Assembly: GCA_028826165.1 (NCBI GenBank)
Contig: JAPDFW010000085.1
Coordinates: 248,001-312,000 of the forward strand
Origin: Anaeramoeba ignava BMAN
Taxonomy: Eukaryota; Protista; Anaeramoebae
Reading direction: 5' to 3'
DNA length: 64,000 bases
A model generated the notes under the pieces. It saw only the letters and a program-made list of their open reading frames with translations. It was not told the DNA's origin and did not search any database. The first letter of the stretch is position 1; each line of letters begins with the position of its first letter. Made by a program: the position numbers and the translations under genes. Shown here piece after piece: positions 1-10,373 of this stretch.

Positions 1-90
1 AAATTTGTATTGCTATTATTTTGATCTTTCTTCTTTTTTGATCTTTTTTCTTTTTTGATCTTTTTTCTTTTTGTATTTTTTTCATTTTTT

Positions 91-2929
91 TCATTTTTCA
101 TTTTTAGATTTTTCATCTTCAACTTGATCATTTTCAATCAAAGAATCACGAACAGGATCATAACCAAATTTTCTTAAATGAACAGTTAAAAATAAATTAA
201 ACTCTTGAGAATTGCCAAGAAATGAAAAATCTCCACCAAGATCAATATCTGCATGTTTTGAATTAGGGAAAAATTTTTTTGTTTCTTCAATCATTTCTTG
301 TGTATAAATATGACCATCTAAAGCCTGAAAAAAATAAACGGAATAAATAATTTTTTTCTTTTCTTTTTTTTTTGTAAATTTGATTTATATTTATACATGT
401 AAAAAAGTTATATTTTTAGGTTTAAGTTTTTCTGGATGAACTGTTTTTGTATGTGTAATTAATTGAAGTAGAGAAACGATTGAGTCTCTTGTTTGGGATT
501 CAATTTGATCAACCTAAAGTAATTAATTTATATTTAATTTGATTTAAAATTTGATTTAAAATTTGATTTAAAATTTGATTTAAAATTTGATTTAAAATTT
601 AATTTAATAGTTGATTTAAAATTTGATTTAAAAATTGATTTAAAATTTGATTTAAAATTTGATTTAAAATTGATTTAAAATTTGATTTAAAATTTGATTT
701 AAAATTTGATTTAAAATTTAATTTAAAATTTGATTTAAAATTTGATTTAAAATTTAATTTAAAATTTGATTTAAAATTTGATTTAAAATTTAATTTAAAA
801 TTTAATTTAAAAATTGATTTAAAATTTGATTTAAAATTGATTTAAAATTTGATTTAAAATTTGATTTAAAATTTAATTTAAAATTTGATTTAATATTTGA
901 TTTAATATTTGATTTAAAATTTGATTTAAAATTTGATTTAAAATTTGATTTAAAATTTAATTTAAAAATTGATTTAAAAATTGATTTAAAATTTAATTTA
1001 AAATTTGATTTAAAATTTGATTTAATATTTGATTTAAAATTTGATTTAATATTTGATTTAAAATTTGATTTAAAATTTAATTTAAAATTTGATTTAAAAT
1101 TTAATTTAAAAATTGATTTAAAAATTGATTTAAAATTGATTTAAAATTTGATTTTAAAATTTGATTTAAAATTAAATTTAAAATTTAATTTAAAATTTGA
1201 TTTAAAATTTGATTTAATATTTGATTTAAAATTTGATTTAAAATTTAATTTAAAAATTGATTTAAAATTTGATTTAATATTTGATTTAAAATTTAATTTA
1301 AAATTTGATTTAATATTTGATTTAAAATTTAATTTAAAATTTGATTTAAAATTTGATTTAAAATTTAATTTAAAATTTGATTTAAAATTTGATTTAAAAT
1401 TTAATTTAAAAATTGATTTAATAGTTGATTTAAAATTTGATTTAAAATTTATATTTAAAAATTGATTTAAAATTTGATTTAAAATTTGATTTAAAATTTG
1501 ATTTAAAAATTTGATTTAAAATTTGATTTAAAATTTGATTTAAAATTTGATTTAAAATTTGATTTAAAATTTGATTTAAAATTTAATTTAATAGTTGATT
1601 TAAAATTTGATTTAAAAATTGATTTAAAATTGATTTAAAATTTGATTTAAAATTTGATTTAAAATTTAATTTAATATTTGATTTAAAAATTGATTTAAAA
1701 TTTGATTTAATATTTGATTTAAAATTGATTTAAAATTTGATTTAAAATTTGATTTAAAATTTATATTTAAAAATTGATTTAAAATTTGATTTAAAATTTG
1801 ATTTAAAATTTGATTTAAAATTTGATTTAAAATTTGATTTAAAATTTGATTTAAAATTTAATTTAAAAATTGATTTAAAAATTGATTTAAAATTTAATTT
1901 AAAATTTGATTTAAAATTTGATTTAATATTTGATTTAAAATTTGATTTAAATTTAATTTAAAAATTGATTTAAAATTTAATTTAAAATTTGATTTAAAAT
2001 TTGATTTAATATTTGATTTAAAATTTGATTTAAATTTAATTTAAAAATTGATTTAAAATTTGATTTAATATTTGATTTAAAATTGATTTAAAATTTGATT
2101 TAAAATTTGATTTAAAATTTATATTTAAAAATTGATTTAAAATTTGATTTAAAATTTGAAAGCAATGAAAATTACCATAAAATCAATAGAATCAATAATA
2201 GGTCCTGGTAATTCTTTATCTGGAATAAGTTTCAACATAGAACGTTTTAAAACAAAAGTTGGTCGAATTGAACTAATAAATTTTTAATTTTTAATTTTTA
2301 ATTTATTTTTTATCTTGAATTTTTAATTTATCTTGAATTTTACAAAGAAACTCGAGATTTTAAATTCTCAAAATATTTTGTTTTCATAAAAGTATTTGAA
2401 AGAAATAACGAACAAACTCTTTCTGGATAAATTTCAGCAAATTTTAATATTAAAAATCCTCCAAAAGATTCTCCAACAAAATGTGCCTATTTTGCAAATA
2501 ATAAATTTTTAATTTTGGATTTTCCAATATTTTTAAATATAAAACCTTCTTAATTCGATATTCATCTAAAAAAACATTCATAGCTAAAATCCAATCATCA
2601 AAAGTTTTGAAAGGAGGAGATTCAACCTATTTTTAAAACAAAATCAAAAAATGACAAAATAAAAAAAAATTTTTTCAATTAAATTTTATTATTTAAAATT
2701 AAATTACTGAAATTAAACGATATCCTTTAGGACATAAAGAAAGCATTTGCTTAAAAAAAATTTCACTTCCACCCATTAAACCTGGTATTAAAATTACTGG
2801 TGTTTCATTCTCTTTTTCAGAATTACCTTTCCAATCAAATAAAGTGTAAACTTGTTCTTGTTTGTTAAAATTTATTAAAATTTTCTTTTTTTGAACCCAA
2901 CTTGAAAAATTATTAAATGAATTTTGCAT
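91..2929 (-). CDS. SPG21: Maspardin-like alpha/beta-hydrolase; 6 exons: 2929-2708, 2626-2546, 2486-2344, 2272-2176, 513-397, 324-91
   Basis: All five introns are GT-AG and splice in frame. Translation includes PVILIPGLMGGSEIFFKQMLSLCPKGYRLISV, nucleophile elbow AHFVGESFGG, IIDSIDFMVDQIES and C-terminal LGGDFSFL...EFNLFLTVHLR, all matching maspardin as I recall it. Confidence 0.85.
536..2158. repeat. 12-bp tandem repeat (TTGATTTAAAAT and variants) filling maspardin intron 4 (2175-514, ~1.66 kb)
   Basis: Directly visible array of >100 units between donor GTAAT at 2175 and acceptor TAG at 514. Confidence 0.95.
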
Positions 2930-3082
2930 TTGTTTTTGTTTTGTAAATAGAAAAAAAAAAGCAAAGAAAAAAATGAAAAAAAAAATTTTTAAAATAAAAT
3001 TTGATTTAGTATTGTTATTATTTATTATTGAAAAATTTAGAAAAAAAGAAAAGAAAATATTTAGATTTGTTTATATAATCTA

Positions 3083-4776
3083 TTAACGACGTTTTGTTTT
3101 CCAAATGAAATAAATTAACCAAAGAATAACAAATACAAAGCAAATCAAATAACACATATGCCTTCCTGAAGCAGTAGCAATTAAATATTCCATTTTTCCA
3201 ATTGCAACTGAAACGAAATTTCTTGAATCTTCAACTCCATTTTGGAAATCATTCAATAATGCATTATGATCTTTTAATTCTCGTTCTATTTCAAGACTTA
3301 CCTAAATATAAATATAAACATAATTATTAATATAAATATAAATATTTAAAATATAAATATAAATATTTAAAATATAAATATAAATATTTAAAATATAAAT
3401 TTAAATATAAATATAAATATTTAAAATATAAATATTATTTTAATAAATATTATTTTTAATAAATATTATTTTTAATAAATATTTTAAAATATAAATATTT
3501 TAAAAATATAAATATTTTAAAATATATAAAATATAAAATATAAATATATAAATATAAATATAAATATAAATATAAAATATAAATATAAAATATTTAAATA
3601 AAATATATAAAAACATAAATATAAAATATAAATATAAATATTTAAAAATATAAATATAAATATTTAAAAATATAAATATTTAAAAAAATATAAACATAAA
3701 AAAATATAAAATATAAAATATAAAAAATATAAATATAAAAAATATAAACATAAATATTTTAAAATATAAATATAAAAATTTTAAAACATATAAATATTTA
3801 AAAATATAAACATAAATTTTAAAATATAAAATAAAAATAAAAAAAAATAAAAATATAAATATAAACATAAAATATAAAATAAATATAAAATATATAAAAA
3901 TAAAAATAAAAACATAAATACAAAAAAAAATATAAAAAAATATAAACATAAAATATAAAAAAAATAAAAATATAAAATATTTTAAAATATAAATATAAAA
4001 TATAAAAAATATAAAATATAAAATTTAAAATATAAAATTTAAAAATAAAAAATATAAATATAAAAATTAGTAAATATAAATATAAATATAAATATAAAAT
4101 ATAAAATATAAATATAAAATATAAATATAAAATAAAAATATAAATATAAATAAATAAAATAAATATAAACATAAACATAAATATAAATATAAATATAAAT
4201 ATAAATATAAAATAAACATAAAATATAAAATAAAATATAAAATATAAATATAAATATAAAAATAAACATATAAAAAAAATATAAATATAAATATAAATAT
4301 AAATATAAATATAAATATAAAATATATAAATATTAAAAATATTATTATTATAAATATAAATATAATTATTATAAATATAAATAAATTATTATTATATAAA
4401 ATATAAAATATTATTATTATAAATAAATAAATATAAATATAAATATAAATATTTAAAATATAAATATAAATATTTAAAAAATATAAAAATATAAAATATT
4501 TAAAATATAAATATAAATATAAATATAAATATAAATATTTAAAATATAAATATAAATATAAATATTTAAAATATAAATATAAATATTTAAAATATAAATA
4601 GCTACATCCTTCAAAGTATTAACTTTTTGATTTAAATATTTAATTTTTTCATCATTTCTTTGTTCTTGTAAATGATAATCTTCTTCTTTTAAATCAGTTT
4701 TTTTATTTGTATTTGATTTTTTTGTACTTCTTGCAAAAAGTTCTCGTCTTTCATTTAATTCTTGATCAAAATCCAT
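3083..4776 (-). CDS. BET1: BET1-like Qc-SNARE; 2 exons: 4776-4606, 3301-3083
   Basis: Spliced protein ...EQRNDEKIKYLNQKVNTLKD|VSLEIERELKDHNALLNDFQNGVEDSRNFVSVAIGKM...RHMCYLICFVFVILWLIYFIWK: SNARE coiled coil plus C-terminal TM anchor typical of Bet1/Bet1-like. Confidence 0.8.
3305..4600. repeat. Degenerate (ATAAAT)n microsatellite filling the BET1 intron (4605-3302)
   Basis: Directly visible; accounts for the spurious IF/YI-rich ORFs at 3680-4269. Confidence 0.9.
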
Positions 4777-5063
4777 ATTTAAAAAAGAAAATATTTAAAA
4801 AAGAAAATATTTAAAAAAGAAAATATTTAAAAAAGAAAATTTAAAAGACAAATTTAAAAGAAAATTTAAAAGAAAATTTAAAAGAAATTTAAAAGAAAAA
4901 AATGAAAAAAATGAAAAACGTTTTATTTTAATTTTATTTTATTTTTAATTTTATTTTTAATTTTAATTTAATTATTTAATTTTATAAAATTATTAGTCAT
5001 TTAAATTGTTTTTTTTTCTTTTTCTTTTTTTTTTTGAAGATCATTTTTATTTGCATTTTTTTA
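4777..5063. promoter_or_regulatory. Bidirectional promoter between BET1-like and MED14-like genes
   Basis: Divergent ATGs at 4776 and 5064. Outward-facing TCATTTT motifs (AAAATGAAAA at ~4900-4918; TCATTTTT at 5041). Also ~4 copies of ATTTAAAAAAGAAAAT at 4777-4840. Confidence 0.6.
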
Positions 5064-8000
5064 ATGGAAAAAGATAATAATAATAAATATAAAAAATATT
5101 ATATAGATACTCGTATGATTACTTATGGAAGATTAATAAGTAAAAACAAATCAAAAACATTGAAAAACAATTACAAAAATAATTATTAAAAAAAAATTTA
5201 TTAAAAAAAATTTTTTACTGTTATGAACCAACCAAATAGAAATCTGTGTGCAAAAATCATACACAAAACTCACTCAAATATTAATTGTAAATAAATCACA
5301 TAATGATCCTCAATTTAAACGGCTAGAATTAGCAAAATATTTTTCAATCACAAGAACTTTATTTTCCAAATTATTAATAATTGAAAATGCGATCATGCGC
5401 AATGCAATACCGAGCGCAGAAAATGTCAATCTTGTGCAGAAAATCCACGAGCACTTTCAAAAATTCCACAATCCACCAAGTGCACTTTTTGTTGTATTGC
5501 ACCGTATCCGAAATTTGGAAATTCCATTTTTCGAAAATAATTTTACAGTCAATCTTCTTTTTTCGACGCGATTTTTCTCCTTCCCCAAAATATCAGAAAA
5601 GGTAATATACTCAGGAGAAACTTGGCGCGGGATTGAAAGAGAACGGAATTCCCGGCTATACACACTCTGCTGCTTTCGATTGATTCCCAAAAATATCCGA
5701 TTTTTTCGGAGTTGGGAAATTAAAAATAAAGGAATCGTAGTTGCCAATGTCAGAGGTGAATTTGACATTACAATGTCACTGCGGATTGTGAGTCTCGAGA
5801 CAGGCATTGATGTGGGTATTGGTGTTGACAGTGACAGTGACATTGGCCTCTGCATAAAAAAGAAGCAAAATTACGCTATTTTTTGGCATCTTGACAGCTT
5901 ACAGTTGTCGTTCAAATACCTTAAGCTTGAGCACAAAAAAATCCCGCAACTCCAAAACGTGCGGAAGATTCTGTGCCACAAAATATACGCGATCCAAAAA
6001 GATTTCTATGCGCGAAGGGGATATACAGAAGAGCTTGAGATTATAACAGCGCAAAAAATAACGGAAAACGTGCTGAAATTTCTGCACGATATCCTCCACC
6101 AAATATACGGTGAATTATACTACCAGCTGTTTGAGAAACAGAGCGTGTATCACGAGTCAAAGCGGCGAAGAGCACTGAATAAAGCGCGTCTCCAAGGCGC
6201 AAATATGAGCGCACAAGAAAACAAAGCAGTCGAAACAGCGGTTGCATCGCCACCTCCTCGGAGACGATGGATCCAAGCGAGCCATCCCGTTCTTGCAGGC
6301 TCTAAAAATTACCCTGTGGAGCAACTGACAACCTCTTTTTTCACAGGTTTTTCTTTTAAAACAACCCTTTCAAGTCTCAAATCCCTAAAACAAAGACTTG
6401 AAATGAACAGAAAATCAATGTGGATCAACAACTTGCGTTTGCAAACAGACCGTTTTATCCCGCCGTTTTGTCCTATTTTGCGGATCCAACTTGTGCTCAA
6501 TCTCGCAGATATTTTCGTCCGCATTTACGATGGCAAATTCCATTCCCAAATCAAAACAAATGCATATGGATTTCAGTCATCTTTTAAACACTTCGACAAT
6601 TTTTTGGAAATTGAAAACACAAAGTCTTTTTGGAAAATGCCAACGGAATTTGTGTGTTCTCTCGTCAAGCACTACATCAAGACAAAAATGCAGAAGCTCG
6701 GCATGCAAGTTTTTGAGAATCTGCCGGTCATGATCTACAATCCAAAGGATCCACAAAAAAACTACTTGCTCAACACCGAACTTCTTGACATACGGATGAT
6801 GCCTCAGCGCCGCAAGGATGCCATGCGGATCCACACACAGACGCCGCCGAATGAGGTTGTGGCAAAGCAAATGCAAGCGATGATGCAAACGGAATCCAAT
6901 CCACATAAACACACCCCTCAATCCCCCATTAACGGCGCTCAGACCCAAATCTTCTCCAGGTCGCAAGCTGCATATCGCTCCCCAGAAAAATTAATCATAA
7001 GCTTTTTTGTCGGCACTTCTTTGCGCGCTCCTTACATCCTTCTTTTTGCGCTCACATCGCACTTAAGACTCTTTTTGTTTCTTATCAAAATCAAGACTGA
7101 CAAATCCCATTTATTTATGACTCAATTCCAGGAGAAAATCGATGAGATTGTGTTGACTAATTTCGCCACAATCAAACAAGCCATCGACTACATTGGAGAC
7201 GTTGCTTCTGCAGCAAAGAGCACAATCATCACATCCTCCTTTCTATTCCCACTTCGTGATATCAGCATCCGCCACTGCATCCAAAACCACGCATCCCTAG
7301 AACCTCGTCTACTTATCAGCCAGCACGATCTGCTCAAGATTGTGCACACCTTTGGCGTACCCCTCACAATCTCCCGTATCGCCGTCCATCTTCTCCACAA
7401 GCCCATATGGGAGGTCTCTGTCTTGATTCCCTCATCTTCCTTATGGATCCCTCAGTTGCTTAAATACTTGCGCATATACTCCAAACAGAAAGACTCTTAT
7501 TTATTCGGCATGTATTTTACAAAATGCTCTGCGTCTCCCTTTTCCGATGGTATATCCCCTTCAGATTACCACGCGATCATATTTCGCTATTCTCAAATAC
7601 ACAAAAATCCCTTGTCTTATTTTCTGGACAATTTTTGCAACCTCATCCAAAACAACTCCATTCACATGCTCCTTTCGCATTCTCCTCAATCTGTTCCTTT
7701 CGACTTCCTATTACGCGCCAATAACCTCTTTTTCATCCCTCACATCCCCAAACCCAACTTCCTCAACCCAAATTATTTGCTCTCCTTCGGATCCAAAGTA
7801 TCTTTGTATACAAACTCTACTCACACAGAAAACGGATCTGTCAATCTCATCAGCAAACTGTTTGAAGTCGAGCTCAATCGCTGGCTTAATTTGTATGATC
7901 GCGACTGTTTTTACATTCTCTTCGATTTTTTTGAAAAGTCAAAAAGTTTATATGCTTTTTTCAATCTCTCTTCCCCAATTTGCGATTATTTCTATTTTAT

Positions 8001-9468
8001 TCCTCATTCGCTTTTCTTTGGCGATCTGTATACCGTATATACCAATTCTCCATGCTTGATCTACTTACTCCCACAAAACAAGCTACTTTTCTGCAGATTG
8101 AGGAGGAAGAAGTGTTTCGCAACAAAAAAACTATGGAGCAAATTTAGAGATATCATCTTTTCTCGCTTATTAGTATCCAAAACACATTCAAATCAAGAGA
8201 CCAACTCAAATACAGACAAAATAAAAATCCAAGAAAATGTGTCAAATCAAGAAAATATGAAAAATCAAGAAAATATGAAAATTCAAGAAAATATGATTCA
8301 TGACAAAATAAAAATTCAAGAAAATATGTCAAATCAAGAAAACACCCCAAATAGCAACAACCCAGAAACACAAAAAGACTCAAATCTCGCCGCAAACCTC
8401 ATACTAACAACAGATGCGACAGAGATAACAAATACATTGGAAGGAAAAAACAACAAACTACAGACTTATCAGAAATCGTTCTCTCAATCAACACCAAGCT
8501 TCCGTAACCAGAATAGCATCGAAACAACAAAAAACAACAGCACAATATCAAATCATTCATCATCAACCCAAAAAGCACTACAAATCACAACTCAAAATCC
8601 CCAAATTTCCCAAAATCAGCACAAGTTGCAAATGTTTTCCTCTCCGAAGTTCTTCGGCAAAATCCCAAAACAACCACAAGATAGTCTCATTGTTCCACTT
8701 TCTATCCTTGAAAAATTTCTCACACAAATTATCCCAATCATAAAAGTAGCAAATGATAGGTCGAAAATACTTTTGCAGAACGTTTACAATTATCTCGCAA
8801 AGAGTTTCAGAAATATAGTCAAAATAAACTCAAAAATCGAGATTGAAGTTCAACCAGAAATCAAATTTCAAATGTATCTATCTTCAAATTACTTGAATTT
8901 AAGGGGCTCTTCAAAAAACACTGGAATTCAAAGATACGATATTGATTTTCTAACAACTTATTTCAACTCAAAAGAATATTCAGACGAAACCGATGAAAAA
9001 GAAGTTTGCAATTTTTACAAATTACTTTCACTTCCGCTACAAATTCTATCATTTTTTACAACTTTTCTCAAAATTACTAAGAGAATGCTCCAAAAAAAAT
9101 TAGAACAATCACAATCACAATCACAATCACAATCACAATCACAATCTTTTCATGTTTCAATGGATCTTAATCTTAAAGAATTCCATTTTTCTTCTGATAG
9201 AAATTCAATCCGTTTTTTGATTTCTTGTTTGTGGTTGGAACATAATCATCCAAAAGAAGAAATCATCCTCCAAGTTTTATATAATCATTCAACAAATAAT
9301 TTGGAACTTCCTCAACTTGATGATCACGCAAAAATTATTCTCAACCAAATTCCAAAAAATCTTCCTTTTAAAATTGATTTTCAAAAAACTTTTTTTCGTT
9401 TAGTTAATTTTTATTTTATTGATTGGGAATTTTTTTCTTATATTTCTTCAAAAATTAAAAATAATTGA
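5064..9468 (+). CDS. MED14: Mediator subunit 14-like protein; 2 exons: 5064-5139, 5240-9468
   Basis: The track ORF starts at GTG, but an upstream ATG exon splices in frame (A|gtaaaa...aaatag|AA). This gives ITYGRLIKICVQKSYTKLTQIL...KRLELAKYFSITRTLFSKLL, resembling the Med14 N-terminal motif (AYSEL...RKIEIVQFASRTRQLFVRLL). Length ~1430 aa also fits Med14. Confidence 0.55.
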
Positions 9469-10373
9469 TTGTATTGTTTCCTATAAATAGATTGTAAAAA
9501 AAAAAAAAAGTTTGATGAATTTTGTTTTGTTTTGTTTTTTTTTTATTAATTATTTTATTTTGGAAATAAAACAAAAGCAAATTATGATCAAAAGAAAAAA
9601 GAAACAATTTAATTTAATTCAAAACTTAATTTAAAGTTTAATTTAAAGTTCAATTTAATTTTGAGGGGATGAAATGAGTTAATTTTAATTTTTAATTTAA
9701 ATTTAATTCATTTTATTCAATTAAAAAAAATTTTTTTCATTTTGATTATTAAGTAAAAAAAAATTTTAATTTTAAAAATTTCTATTTAAAATTAAAACCC
9801 TCAACAATTTGATCAATCAAAAAATTTTCTATTTAACTTATTTTAAATTGATCTTGATTAAATTTATTATTTTTTTTTTCTTTTAAAACTTAAAACTTAA
9901 AACTAAAAAAAAAAAAATTTGTATTGCAAAAAAAAAAATTTTTTTATTAATTTCCAATTTATTTGAGTTGGAAATTTCAAAATGTTTTATAAAAAAAAAT
10001 ACCCAAAAAAATAAAGCAAACAAAATAAAAACTTAAAACCAAAAAAAAAATAGAAAAAAATGTTGAATGGATTTAATCAATTTATTTTAGTTTTTCTTTT
10101 ATGATTTATTTGATTTAAATTAATTAAAAATTTTTTTTTTTAAAATTAAAAAATTTTTATTCAAATTTTCATTTATTTTTCTTTTCCAAAAAATTAATTT
10201 TTTTGTGTTAGAAAGTGCTTTTTTTCTCTTTCTTAATAATTTTTTTTTTCTAATTATTTTGTTATAGCAATTAAATCTTATAATAATCATAATTAAATTT
10301 TTTTTTCTTTTTTAATAAATTGATTCAATTTTTTTTCAAATTTGAATAAAGAATACGATCAATTAAATATCAA

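Noticed and set aside
1148-1465. Low-complexity ORFs in the track (LKFD, IF/YI, KLLL, ILIL, DFDF, KIKI types; e.g. 1148-1465, 3680-4269, 10956-11963, 34972-36235, 39574-41174, 42620-45266, 55825-56517)
   Set aside because: They are stop-free readings of intronic or antisense microsatellites, not genes.
5380-8650. GC-rich segments as horizontally transferred or contaminant DNA
   Set aside because: GC changes gradually inside continuous ORFs of core eukaryotic genes (RPN2, CBF5), with no junctions.
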